A DNA stretch of 64,000 bases from Armatimonadota bacterium (GTDB lineage: Bacteria; Armatimonadota; SYMT01), in NCBI GenBank assembly GCA_041690135.1, contig JAWLHY010000001.1, positions 864,001 through 928,000 on the forward strand, written 5' to 3'. Shown one piece after another: positions 40,548 to 51,723 of this stretch; position 1 is the first letter of the stretch; every line of letters starts with the position of its first letter. The notes beneath the pieces were generated by a model that ran no database searches, was not told where the DNA came from, and saw only the letters and a program-made list of their open reading frames with translations. The position numbers and the translations under genes were made by a program.

Positions 40548-40958
40548 ATGAATCTGGACCGGATCGAGGCCATCCTCCAGCTCCTCTACCGCCAACAGCA
40601 TGTTGGCGAGGTATCCGTGGCAGGCGACGGATGGCGCGTACAAGCGCGCAAGGGGCATGGCGTACCCACCGTCATGCCGAACATCGACGTCGAAGACGTT
40701 GCGCCCGCCGAGGAACGTCACGTGATACGGGCCGGTCGGGTCGGGATCTTCCGGGAGGGCAAGCAGCCCATCGGAGCCGGCGACCGGGTCAGCAAAGGTT
40801 CCCCGTTGGGCCAGATCGACTCCATGCGTATCCTCAACCCCATCCTGGCCGAAGAGGGCGGGACGATTCTGGAAGTGCGCGTTGAGGACGGAGATCCGGT
40901 AGAATTCGGCCAGGAGTTGTTCGTGCTCGCCCCGCTGGGTCCCCTTTCGGGCGAGTAA
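40548..40958 (+). CDS. Biotin carboxyl carrier (AccB)-like protein lacking the biotinylated Lys
   Basis: BCCP layout GDRV.KG..LGQIDSMRILNPI..GTILEV.VEDGDPVEFGQELF; EAMK motif reads DSMR; lies between efp and accC. Confidence 0.8.
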   Translation: MNLDRIEAILQLLYRQQHVGEVSVAGDGWRVQARKGHGVPTVMPNIDVEDVAPAEERHVIRAGRVGIFREGKQPIGAGDRVSKGSPLGQIDSMRILNPILAEEGGTILEVRVEDGDPVEFGQELFVLAPLGPLSGE

Positions 40959-41018
40959 CGACGGATCCCCCCCCCACCTTTACCGGGCAACGAAGGCAAG
41001 ACGAGAGCGAGCGGAGGA

Positions 41019-41396
41019 ATGGCAATGCGCAACCAGGTCGGTCGGGGATTCTCCCTGGTGGAGATCCTGGTGGTGGTCGTGATCCTGGCCATCCTCGCAG
41101 CTTTCCTCATGCCGCGTTACATGTCCAGCACCAAACTTCCCGGCGGCAAGACGGCCGGCTCGCCCGTGCAGAAGGCGAAGGGGGTCGAATGCACCACCAA
41201 TCTCCAGCAGATCCGCCAGGCATACACGATGGCCACCCAGGTGGGAGATGAAACTCGTCCGGCCAGTCTCCAGGATCTGCGCGCTTACGGCGTAACGGAC
41301 TCCCTCATGAAGTGCCCCGTTGGCGGCATGCCGTACCGTTTCAATCCGGCAAGCGGGCAGGTCGGCTGCACCTATGCCGGGCACGAGCGTTTCTGA
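41019..41396 (+). CDS. Type IV pilin/pseudopilin-like protein
   Basis: Class III signal RG|FSLVEILVVVVILAILAA; three Cys in the soluble part. Confidence 0.88.
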   Translation: MAMRNQVGRGFSLVEILVVVVILAILAAFLMPRYMSSTKLPGGKTAGSPVQKAKGVECTTNLQQIRQAYTMATQVGDETRPASLQDLRAYGVTDSLMKCPVGGMPYRFNPASGQVGCTYAGHERF

Positions 41397-41405
41397 AATC
41401 TCAAG

Positions 41406-42776
<1,371 letters not shown>

Positions 42777-42985
42777 CGCGACCGGCTGAGAATTCCCGTT
42801 TCCCAAAACCCTCGCGGTCCGTCCGAGGAAAGCCGGGTCGGCACACCGAACCAGAACCTTAAGCGCAGCTTATCAAGGCCGGTCGGTAGGCGCGCAACCG
42901 AAATCTGGCGGGTTGAGATACAACGAACCGGAACAATCCGGGCGAACCACTAAAGGGAGTAGCAGTAGGAGCCCATAGGTGGCGC

Positions 42986-43405
42986 ATGAGTAAGCGGAGA
43001 AACGCCCGAGAACTGGCCCTGAAGATTCTTTTCCAGATCGACGTCGGCAAGTTACCCCCGGATGAGGTGCTCGATACTTCGTTCGAAGAGGTAAGGCCGC
43101 CCGTCGAAGATCGCCGGTGGGTGCAGGAGATGGTGCCCGCGGTGGTCCAGGAGATCGATGCCCTGGATCAAATCATCGGGGAATTAGCGGAAGGTTGGCG
43201 ACTGGACCGACTAGCAAAAGTAGATAAGAACGTGCTGCGGTTGGCGCTTTGCGAGCTCCAACGCGGCAGCGACGTTCCGGCCAGCGTCATCATCAACGAT
43301 GCCGTCGAGATCGCGAAGAAGTACTCGACCGAGGACAGCGGAAGGTTCGTGAACGGCATCCTGGGCAGCTTCCTTCGGCGGCAGCAGCCCGGCGAAGGGC
43401 AGTAA
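42986..43405 (+). CDS. nusB: Transcription antitermination factor NusB
   Basis: RRNARELAL, W.LDRL..VDKNVLR, AVEIAKKYS..SGRFVNGIL. Confidence 0.96.
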   Translation: MSKRRNARELALKILFQIDVGKLPPDEVLDTSFEEVRPPVEDRRWVQEMVPAVVQEIDALDQIIGELAEGWRLDRLAKVDKNVLRLALCELQRGSDVPASVIINDAVEIAKKYSTEDSGRFVNGILGSFLRRQQPGEGQ

Positions 43406-43428
43406 GTGAAACAGGCAGGCAAACGCTG

Positions 43429-45348
43429 ATGGCCAAGATCCTAGACTCGGTTAATGACCCGGCCGACCTGAAAGGTCTCTCCGTTACCCAGCTCAAGCAG
43501 CTGGCGCAGGAGATCCGGGACGAGATCATCGATAGCATTTCTAAAACCGGCGGCCACTTCGCGCCCAACCTGGGCGCCGTGGAGATTACGCTGGCTCTTC
43601 ACTCCGTGCTGGATAGCCCCCGTGATAAGGTCATCTGGGATGTCGGGCACCAGAGTTATCCGCACAAGCTGATTACCGGCCGGCGGCACCGCTTCCATAC
43701 CATCAAGCAGTTGGGCGGTATCAGCGGTTACTGCAAGCGCGCGGAGAGCCCTCACGACCACATCGAAGCGGGACACGGCGGCACCTCCATTTCCGCCGCC
43801 CTCGGCCTGGCGCATGCCCGTGATATGCGGGGCGGAAACGAGACGATCGTGGCGGTGATCGGCGACGGCTCGTTGACGACCGGTCTCGCCCAGGAAGCGC
43901 TGAACAACGCCGGCCACAACAAGAAGTGTAACCTGATCGTTCTGCTCAACGACAACCAGATGTCGATCGCGCCGAACGTCGGGGCGCTCTCCGAATGCCT
44001 GGGTAAGGTCCGCGCGGAACCGCACTACCTCTGGGCGAAGCGCGAAGCGGAGACGGTGCTCCACCACCTCCCGCTGGGGGACCGGCTGCTCGATGCGATC
44101 TCCAAAGTCAAAGACGGGGTCAAGCAGCTTGTCGTGCCGGGGATGCTCTTCGAGGAACTGGGGTTCACCTACCTGGGGCCGGTCGACGGGCACTGCCTCG
44201 AAAGTCTCCAGCAGGCGATCCGTCAGGCACAGCGCATCGGCGGCCCGGTGCTCATCCATGCCTTCACCCAGAAAGGCAAGGGCTATGCTCCGGCAGAAGA
44301 CGATCCGTTCAAGTGGCATGCCACGAACCCGTTCGTGCCGGAAACGGGCGAACCGCGCAGCAAGAGCAGCACGCTGACCTACTCCAAGGTCTTCGCGAAG
44401 ACGCTCATCAAGCTGGCGGAGAAGGACCCGCGCATCGTCGCCATCACTGCCGCCATGCCGGACGGCACGGGCGTGCTCGACTTCCAGAAGGTCTTTCCGG
44501 ACCGCTGCGTCGACGTGGCGATGGCCGAGCAGCACGCGGTGACCTTCGCGGCCGGGCTGGCGGCGGCGGGCATGCGCCCGGTCGCCGCGATCTACAGCAC
44601 CTTCCTGCAGCGAGCCTATGATCAGATCATCCACGACGTCTGCATCATGGACTTCCCGGTGGTGTTCTGTATGGACCGCGGCGGACTGGCCGGCGATGAT
44701 GGCCCCACCCATCAGGGTGTGTTCGATATCGCCTACATGCGGTCAATCCCGAACATGGTTCTGATGGCCCCGAAGGACGAGCCTGAGCTCCAGCGGATGC
44801 TGGCGACCGCGCTCAAGCACCCCGGACCGATTGCCGTGCGCTACCCGCGCGGAGGCGGCCCCGGCGCTCCGCTGCTGGATGAGATCGAGCCGCTCCCGAT
44901 CGGCGTCGCCGAAACCCTCCGCGAGGGGGACGACGTGGCAATCATCGGCTTCGGGTACGGCGTCACTCCGGCCCTGGAAGCGGCGGAGACGCTGACCGGT
45001 GAGGGGATCCAGGCTACGGTGATCAACGCGCGCTACACCAAGCCGCTGGACACCGAACTGATCCTCGAAGCGGCACGCCGCACCCGGCGGGTCGTCACCA
45101 TCGAAGATGGCGTGCGCCAGGGCGGCTTCGGCAGTGCGGTGTTGGAAATGCTGCAGGACCATGGCTGCACGGTCCCGGTGCTTCGCCTCGGCATTCCGGA
45201 CCGGTTCATCGAGCATGGCAAGCGCGAGAAGTTGCTGGAACTGCTCGGCCTGGACGGTCCCGGCGTGGCCCGCAGCGTCCTGGAATTCGTCAAGGGCATC
45301 CCCAGCGGGGATCTGGTTCCGGATCTCGACTCCCTACCGAAGGCGTAA
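43429..45348 (+). CDS. dxs: 1-deoxy-D-xylulose-5-phosphate synthase
   Basis: GGHFAPNLG, WDVGHQSY, GDGSLT..NDN, AEQHAV, DRGGLAGDDGPTHQG. Confidence 0.97.
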   Translation: MAKILDSVNDPADLKGLSVTQLKQLAQEIRDEIIDSISKTGGHFAPNLGAVEITLALHSVLDSPRDKVIWDVGHQSYPHKLITGRRHRFHTIKQLGGISGYCKRAESPHDHIEAGHGGTSISAALGLAHARDMRGGNETIVAVIGDGSLTTGLAQEALNNAGHNKKCNLIVLLNDNQMSIAPNVGALSECLGKVRAEPHYLWAKREAETVLHHLPLGDRLLDAISKVKDGVKQLVVPGMLFEELGFTYLGPVDGHCLESLQQAIRQAQRIGGPVLIHAFTQKGKGYAPAEDDPFKWHATNPFVPETGEPRSKSSTLTYSKVFAKTLIKLAEKDPRIVAITAAMPDGTGVLDFQKVFPDRCVDVAMAEQHAVTFAAGLAAAGMRPVAAIYSTFLQRAYDQIIHDVCIMDFPVVFCMDRGGLAGDDGPTHQGVFDIAYMRSIPNMVLMAPKDEPELQRMLATALKHPGPIAVRYPRGGGPGAPLLDEIEPLPIGVAETLREGDDVAIIGFGYGVTPALEAAETLTGEGIQATVINARYTKPLDTELILEAARRTRRVVTIEDGVRQGGFGSAVLEMLQDHGCTVPVLRLGIPDRFIEHGKREKLLELLGLDGPGVARSVLEFVKGIPSGDLVPDLDSLPKA

Positions 45349-45370
45349 CACCCGCTACGGGCGCAAGATA

Positions 45371-45418
45371 AACGATAAACGGGCCACGGATCCTGGGATC
45401 CGTGGCCCGTTTATCGTT
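45371..45418. terminator. Perfect 23-bp inverted repeat after dxs
   Basis: aacgataaacgggccacggatcc-tg-ggatccgtggcccgtttatcgtt. Confidence 0.8.
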
Positions 45419-45460
45419 CAAGCCGCACTCCCACGGTTCCCGTCCACGCCAAACGGAAAT

Positions 45461-45718
45461 GTAGGGGCATCGGCCGTGGTTACCCTCGGCGTGTGCCAGA
45501 TCAGCGCCTGCAAAACCGCGCGCCGAGACGCATTACACCGCGGTCGAACCCAACCGTGGTTGGCCACGAGTACGCGCGCACAACCTCGGCTGCTGCGGAA
45601 ATACGGCCACACCGAATTGGCACGCCGACGGCGTCACCTCCGTTCACTACCACGAAGGCTGCGAGTTTGCAGGGGGTCATCAAACCCATCACAGGGCAAC
45701 CACAGCGGGTGCCTCCTA
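45461..45718 (-). mobile_element. REPIN-like element copy 3 (opposite orientation, more diverged)
   Basis: GTAGGGGCATCGGCCGTGGTTACCCT at 45461-45486; inverted REP from 45693; interior ends align with copies 1 and 2. Confidence 0.8.
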
Positions 45719-45782
45719 AGGCTGCACGAATCGCAAGCACCTGACTACGCCCAACCCTACTGATACCGGTTACGGTACCCCG

Positions 45783-46820
45783 CTAGGCGGATCCGGACTG
45801 CCACGCCGGCTTGTACTGATCCAGGTTCTCCTTGGTGATCAGGTAGAGCGGCGTGATCTGCGGGTTGTCCACGGCCTCGCCCTTCAGGTGCTTGAGGGTC
45901 GCCTTGACCGCTTCGCGGCCCTGGGTCTCCGCGTCCTGCAGAATGGTGGCGTGGATCTTTCCGTCTCGGATGTAGTCGAACGCGTCGGACTCGCCGTTGA
46001 AGCCGATGATCTTGATCTCCGTCCGGCCCTTCTGGCCGCACACATCCGCGGCAGCCAGCGCGCCATCGTCGGACTGGGCCACGACTGCATCGATCTCCCC
46101 CTTGGCGAACTGCAGCAGGATCGTCTCCATTACTTTCACCGCGTCTGCCCGCTGGAATTTATATGGGGCTCTGGTCACAATCTGGAATTCGGGATGACCC
46201 TTCAGCGCTTCCTCCAAACCAGCTTCGCGGTTCCGTTGCGGCGAAGAGCCGAGCACCCCCTGTAACAGGGCGATCTTCGCGCCCTTGGGGAACGCCTCCA
46301 TGATCGCCTTACCCTGGAGGCGGCCACCTTCGGTGTCGTCGGCTCCCACGTAGGTCACCACGTCACCGCCTCCCACCGTACGATTGACGGTGACCACGGG
46401 GATCTTTGCCTGGTTCGCCTTCTGCACGCCCGGCGGGAGGGTCTCCGTTTCGGTGGGGCACAGAATCACCGCATCGACCTTCTGGACCACGAAGTTATCA
46501 ATCGCGCTGATCTGCTTCTGCGCGCTGTCCTGGCCGTCCACGACGTTGATGGTGGCGCCGGCCGCCTTTGCCTCTTCTTCGAGGCCCTTCTTCATGGCGA
46601 CGAAGAAGGGATGGCTGAACGTGGGAATGGTGCAGCCCAGGCTCTGCCCGCTGCCGGATGATCCGCTGGCGGTCGTGGCCGGTGTGCTGCTCGGAACTTC
46701 ATCGCTGCCGCCGGGGGCGCTATTGCTGGTCGAATTCCCGCCGCAGGCGGAGAGGGCCACACTGCACCCCGCCGCCGCGGCGGTCAGCAGCCACCGCCGC
46801 CGGTCCATGATTCGCTTCAT
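45783..46820 (-). CDS. Sugar ABC transporter substrate-binding lipoprotein (RbsB-like)
   Basis: RRR..ALSAC lipobox; HPFF, KIPVVTVNR, VGADDTEGG, IIGFNG, ATILQD. Confidence 0.92.
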   Translation of the reverse strand: MKRIMDRRRWLLTAAAAGCSVALSACGGNSTSNSAPGGSDEVPSSTPATTASGSSGSGQSLGCTIPTFSHPFFVAMKKGLEEEAKAAGATINVVDGQDSAQKQISAIDNFVVQKVDAVILCPTETETLPPGVQKANQAKIPVVTVNRTVGGGDVVTYVGADDTEGGRLQGKAIMEAFPKGAKIALLQGVLGSSPQRNREAGLEEALKGHPEFQIVTRAPYKFQRADAVKVMETILLQFAKGEIDAVVAQSDDGALAAADVCGQKGRTEIKIIGFNGESDAFDYIRDGKIHATILQDAETQGREAVKATLKHLKGEAVDNPQITPLYLITKENLDQYKPAWQSGSA

Positions 46821-46859
46821 TGCTGTGTCCTTTGATTTCAATTAACCAACATGTAGATG

Positions 46860-47855
46860 CTAGCGACGCATCCGGGCACGGGCATCTACCGCTACGGCCA
46901 GGAGGATGATCAGGCCCTGGATGACGGGGCGCCAGTTGGGGGCGTTTACGGCCATCTGCAGGCCCACATCGATCACACCGAGGGTCACGGCGCCCAGGAG
47001 TACGTTCCACGCGCCGCCCAGTCCCCCTCCCAGGGCAATCCCACCCACGATGCAGCTCGCCAGGCTCTGAAGCTCATATCCGGTACCGGCGACGGGGCTC
47101 GCCTGCCCTGCCCGCGCCGTCAGGACCAGACCGCCGACGGCGGCCAGCAAACCGGAAAGCACGTAGGTGGAGATCTTCAGCCGGGCCGTATCCAGACCGG
47201 CGAGCCGGGTGGCCTCTTCATTGCCCCCCAAAGTGTAAAGGTGCTGTCCGTAAGGCAGCAGCCGAAGCGTGAACGCCAGCAGCACCACCATGGCCAGGAA
47301 CAGCACCGAGCCGTAGGAGAGCATTCCGACCTGCCCGAACGAGATTTGCCGGAACGCATCCGCCTGGTTCCCCAGGGACAACGGCTGGTTGTTCGTGTAG
47401 ACATTGGTCAGGCCGAAGAAGGCGATCTGGGTGCCAAGCGTCGCCACGAACGGGTTGATCCCCACCCGGGCGACGAGCAAGCCGTTGATGTATCCCAGCA
47501 ACATTCCCGCGGCGAGCCCGCCCGCGATGGCCGCCGGCATCGGCAACCCATGCTGGCTCATCAGACGGGCCACCACCGCGCCCGTCAGGCTGGCGATGGC
47601 ACCTTGCGAGAGATCGAAGCCGCCGCCGATTAGCGGAAAGGCCTGGCCTACCGCGAGTATGCCGACGATGGCAATCGCGTTCAGGATGTTGAAGAAGTTG
47701 TCCGGCGACAGGAACCGGGGCTCGCGCGAGCCGAACACGGCGCAGAGCACCACCAGCGCGATAACGCCCGTAAAGGGGCGAATGCGCGCGAGCAGCCCGG
47801 CTCTCGGTCCCGCTTTGTCCCTGGTCTTCTCCCCTACGCTGTCCAGACCCGCCAA
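46860..47855 (-). CDS. Sugar ABC transporter permease (RbsC-like)
   Basis: GGFDLSQG, INPFVATLG, GGNEEATRLAG, YELQSLA.CIVGG. Confidence 0.92.
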   Translation of the reverse strand: MAGLDSVGEKTRDKAGPRAGLLARIRPFTGVIALVVLCAVFGSREPRFLSPDNFFNILNAIAIVGILAVGQAFPLIGGGFDLSQGAIASLTGAVVARLMSQHGLPMPAAIAGGLAAGMLLGYINGLLVARVGINPFVATLGTQIAFFGLTNVYTNNQPLSLGNQADAFRQISFGQVGMLSYGSVLFLAMVVLLAFTLRLLPYGQHLYTLGGNEEATRLAGLDTARLKISTYVLSGLLAAVGGLVLTARAGQASPVAGTGYELQSLASCIVGGIALGGGLGGAWNVLLGAVTLGVIDVGLQMAVNAPNWRPVIQGLIILLAVAVDARARMRR

Positions 47856-47867
47856 GAGTTGAACCCC

Positions 47868-49355
47868 CTACCCCCCGACGATTGCCGCCAGGACGGCATG
47901 CTCCGTCACCGTTTCGGCCGGCTCCGTGAGAACCAGCCTTCCTTGCCGCATCACTCCCACCCGGTTGCCCAATCGCAGCGCTTCCTGGATGTCCGGGGTG
48001 GCCACCACCACACCGGCGCCGTCTTCCGCCAGGCTCCGGATAAGCCGATAGATCTCCTCGCGAGCTCCGACATCGACGCCGCGCGATGGCTCATCGAAAA
48101 GGTACACCACGCCGTTGCGCTCCGCGACCCGCCCGACGACGACCTTCTGCTGGTTACCCCCGGAAAGGGTCTGCATCTCCTGTTCCGGGCTGGAGCAACG
48201 GACTCCGTACTTCTCGATCCGCGCCACGGCCGCTTCCCGCTGCGCGCGGCGGTTCAGCAGTCCGGCGGTGGTCCAGTGTTTCAGGTCCGCAAACGTCAGG
48301 TTGGTCTTCACGTCCAGCGTCGGAACGATTCCAAAGGCCTTGCGATCGCCCGGCGAGAGGAGCACGCCCGCGCGGATGGCATCCCGCAGGGAGCTCCAGC
48401 GAACCGCCTGCCCGCGGAGCCGCAGTCCTCCGGAGGCGATCGGCACGGCTCCGTAGAGCGCCCAGAGAAGCTCCGTCTGCCCGGCGCCTGCCGCCCCGGT
48501 GAGCGCCAGGATCTCCCCTTGCCGCACTTCCAGGGAAACTTCGCGGAAACCGCGCCCGCTCACGGCGTCGGCTGTCAACACGGGGGCGCCCGCGCGGCTC
48601 TCCGGGCGTTCGCCGGCTGCCACCGCGCGTCCCACCATTGCCTCGACCAGCTCCGCCTCGGTGACTGCCCCGCGTGCCCAGGTCGCCACGTTGCGCCCAT
48701 CCCGCAGCACGGTGATCCGGTCGGCCACCGCGAAAACTTCCTCCAGGTGGTGCGAGATGTAGATCATCCCGATCCCCCGCTCCTGGAGTGATCGCATGAT
48801 CGCGAACAGGCGCTCCGTTTCGCGCCTCGAAAGGGCCGCGGTCGGCTCGTCCAGCACCAGGATGCGGGCCCGCCGGTACAGCGCCTTGGCGATCTCCACG
48901 AGCTGTTTCTCGCCGGTCCCCAGCTCCTTCACCGGAAGTCGCGGATCCAGGTGAAAGCCCAACTCTTCCAGGTGAGCGGCGGCGGCGCGGAACAGCTCTC
49001 GCCGGTTCATCAACGGGATGAGCCCCGCCAGTCGCCGCGCCGGTTCCTGCCCGATCAGGATGTTTTCAGCGACGGAGAGATCGGGAACCAGGTTGAACTC
49101 CTGGTAGATCACTCCGATACCGGCCTCAAGGCCCTCGTGGGGGTTGCGGATGCGTACGGGATTACCGTCGATCCGGATCTCTCCGGCGTCGCGGGAGTAG
49201 GCGCCCGCCAGGATCTTGATCAGAGTAGACTTGCCCGCCCCGTTTGCTCCGACCAGCGCGTGGACCTTCCCCGCGTCGAGTTCCAGGCTCACGCCGGAAA
49301 GCACGCGCGCTCCGGGAAAAGATTTTTGAATGCCGGCGAGCTCGAGGAGCGCCAT
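47868..49355 (-). CDS. Sugar ABC transporter ATP-binding protein (RbsA-like, two ABC domains)
   Basis: GANGAGKST, LDEPTA, ISHHL, LSGGNQQK, FDEPSRGVD. Confidence 0.93.
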   Translation of the reverse strand: MALLELAGIQKSFPGARVLSGVSLELDAGKVHALVGANGAGKSTLIKILAGAYSRDAGEIRIDGNPVRIRNPHEGLEAGIGVIYQEFNLVPDLSVAENILIGQEPARRLAGLIPLMNRRELFRAAAAHLEELGFHLDPRLPVKELGTGEKQLVEIAKALYRRARILVLDEPTAALSRRETERLFAIMRSLQERGIGMIYISHHLEEVFAVADRITVLRDGRNVATWARGAVTEAELVEAMVGRAVAAGERPESRAGAPVLTADAVSGRGFREVSLEVRQGEILALTGAAGAGQTELLWALYGAVPIASGGLRLRGQAVRWSSLRDAIRAGVLLSPGDRKAFGIVPTLDVKTNLTFADLKHWTTAGLLNRRAQREAAVARIEKYGVRCSSPEQEMQTLSGGNQQKVVVGRVAERNGVVYLFDEPSRGVDVGAREEIYRLIRSLAEDGAGVVVATPDIQEALRLGNRVGVMRQGRLVLTEPAETVTEHAVLAAIVGG

Positions 49356-49525
49356 GGATAGGGTAATACGGGTTGGAGTTGCGTGAGACGAAATGCCTTG
49401 AAACGTTCTCTCCCCAGTCCCCGTGTTCCTTCCACACCACCGCGGCCCCGGTGTATGATGCACAACAACAGGCACCGAGGAAATACGGAGAGGCTGCACA
49501 GGAAAGGTTGCGCAGAGGACAACGG

Positions 49526-50098
49526 ATGTATTACGTGGCGCTTGGAGACAGCATCAGCATCGACGACTACACGGGCGTGCGCGGGGGCGGCGCGGCGAGC
49601 CAGTTCGCGCGGCGGATCGGCGCCGATCCCTTCCGGAACCTCACCCGGGACGGCAACGTGGCGGAGGGGGTGCTGCAGGATCTGGAGCGGATCGAAGGCC
49701 GGCCCGACCTGGTGACCCTTACCGTCGGCGGCAACAACCTGCTCCTGGGGGACGATCCGGAAGGAATCTTCCTCAAGATCCGCCAGATCGCGGAACGTCT
49801 CGCCAGCTACGAAACTACCGTGATCCTCAACACCGTTTACGATCCGACGGATGGTAACGATGCGATGGCCGAGCGGTTGGGTCTTGCACCGGACCTGCGG
49901 GAACGCTTCGAGGGAGTCAACCAGGGCATCCGCGAGATCGCGGGGAAGTACGGGTTCATCCTCAGCGACCTGGAAGAACTGTTCCACGGGCACGGCGCCC
50001 TCTCCCAGGATCCGTGGTACGTGATGGTGATCGAGCCGAACCTCGCCGGAGCCACCGCAATTGCGAGGCATTGGGAGGCGCTTCTCACCTCCCAATGA
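49526..50098 (+). CDS. SGNH/GDSL hydrolase-like protein
   Basis: YVALGDSI, LTVGGNN, TVYDP; block V reads VIEPN. Confidence 0.8.
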   Translation: MYYVALGDSISIDDYTGVRGGGAASQFARRIGADPFRNLTRDGNVAEGVLQDLERIEGRPDLVTLTVGGNNLLLGDDPEGIFLKIRQIAERLASYETTVILNTVYDPTDGNDAMAERLGLAPDLRERFEGVNQGIREIAGKYGFILSDLEELFHGHGALSQDPWYVMVIEPNLAGATAIARHWEALLTSQ

Positions 50099-50114
50099 TC
50101 TGCGAAGATCTCTT

Positions 50115-51533
50115 CTAAAGAGTAAGCACCGGCAGTGGGGCGCCTACCTGCTCCAGGGGCTCTCCAAAGAAGCCCCACTGGGCGCCCTTCGTGGAGCGGA
50201 CCTTGACCAGCCTCCCCGCCATCCCGGGGTGGCCCGGCAGGTGGCAGGTCTTGTTCTCCCGGGTGTAGCCCGTGTAAAGACCGTCTCCCTGCTCGCTGGG
50301 TCCTTCCACCAGTACTTCAAAGGTCCGGCCGATCAACGCCTGGTTCTTCTCCAGGCTGATGCGGTTCTGCACGGCAATCAGGCGGTTGAGGCGGTCGATT
50401 TTCACGTCGTGCTCCAGCTCCCCTTCCCAGCCGTGCGCGGGGGTTCCCGGCCGGGGGCTGTAGTTGAACATGTACGCACCGTCGAACCGCACCTCTTCCA
50501 CCAGGGAGAGGGTGTCCTGGAACTGCTCTTCGGTTTCACCGGGAAAGCCCACGATGATGTCCGTGGTGATGGCGCAATCCGGCATCGCCTGGCGGATGCG
50601 CCGGATGCGGTCGAGATACCGCTCGCGGTTGTAGCGCCGCGCCATGCGCTTGAGCACGGTATCGTTGCCGCTCTGGACCGGCAGATGGATCCACTCGCAC
50701 GCCTTCGGGCACTCCGCCACGGCGTCGATCAACTCATCGTGCATCAACATCGGGTGCGGGCTGGTGAAGCGGATACGCTCGATACCGTCCACGTCGTTGA
50801 TCAACCAGATCAGGTCAGCCAGGGAGTAGACGCGGCTGTCCTCGGCGGCGTCCGCGTAGTAGTAAGACTTGTAGGCGTCCACCGTCTGGCCCAGCAGCAT
50901 CACTTCTTTGGTGCCGGTCTGCGCCAGCGCGCGGACCTCTCCCAGCACGTCGGAAACGGGTCGGCTCCGCTCCGGACCGCGGGTCCTCGGCACGATGCAG
51001 TAGGTGCAGGCGAAGTCGCAGCCCAGGATCACCGGAACGAACGCTTTCAGCTTGCCCCGCGCGGGAGCGCCGACGCTCGGGACCAGGTCCACCAGGTCGG
51101 TGGTCATGTGGGGGTCCGGCGCCATCCAGGAGGGGGTGCCCCGCTTCGGCATGTCGAGCGCCACCAGCCGTTTCCCGCTCCGGCGCACCTCTTCCACCAG
51201 CTCGGCGACGCGGCCGACGTTGGCGGTGCCGATCACCAGGTCGACATAGGGCGCGTTCTTCAGGATCGCTTCGCCTTCGCGCTGGGCCTGGCAGCCGCAA
51301 ACACCCAGCACCAGGTCCGGGTTGCCGCGCTTCAGCTTCCGCAGCTCGCCCAGGCGGCTGTAAACCTTGAGCTCCGGCTTCTCTCGGACGGAGCAGGTAT
51401 TCAGCAGGATCAGGTCCGCCTGTTCCGGCGCCTCCACGGCCTCGCCCCCGGCCCGTTCCAGCAGGGCGGTCATGCGATCCGTGTCGGCCACGTTCATCTG
51501 GCAGCCGTAAGTTTGAATATAGAAACGGTTCAT
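50115..51533 (-). CDS. miaB: tRNA methylthiotransferase MiaB
   Basis: TYGCQMN, NTCSVREK, CxxxCxxC (CDFACTYC), HLPVQSG, TDIIVGFPGET, YSPRPGT, TRAM domain. Confidence 0.95.
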   Translation of the reverse strand: MNRFYIQTYGCQMNVADTDRMTALLERAGGEAVEAPEQADLILLNTCSVREKPELKVYSRLGELRKLKRGNPDLVLGVCGCQAQREGEAILKNAPYVDLVIGTANVGRVAELVEEVRRSGKRLVALDMPKRGTPSWMAPDPHMTTDLVDLVPSVGAPARGKLKAFVPVILGCDFACTYCIVPRTRGPERSRPVSDVLGEVRALAQTGTKEVMLLGQTVDAYKSYYYADAAEDSRVYSLADLIWLINDVDGIERIRFTSPHPMLMHDELIDAVAECPKACEWIHLPVQSGNDTVLKRMARRYNRERYLDRIRRIRQAMPDCAITTDIIVGFPGETEEQFQDTLSLVEEVRFDGAYMFNYSPRPGTPAHGWEGELEHDVKIDRLNRLIAVQNRISLEKNQALIGRTFEVLVEGPSEQGDGLYTGYTRENKTCHLPGHPGMAGRLVKVRSTKGAQWGFFGEPLEQVGAPLPVLTL

Positions 51534-51610
51534 CGAATGGTTCTCGGGAGCAGAAATCGTGAATGTCCCGATCATACCAGAAAGGCCGTCGTCTCGAAAG
51601 TCGCGGACGC

Positions 51611-51690
51611 CAGGGCAGAAAAGCAGAAGGGGGAATGGCAGGCTCCGGTTACCCGGGCTTCCATTCCCCCATTCTTCCCTTCTCCCATTC
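51611..51690. repeat. Purine/pyrimidine octamer inverted repeat tract
   Basis: gcagaaaa gcagaagg gggaatgg..ccattccc ccattctt cccttctc ccattc; similar to 11461-11538. Confidence 0.5.
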
Positions 51691-51723
51691 GACCTGGAGC
51701 ATCCGCTCAGGTCAAGGGACGGA

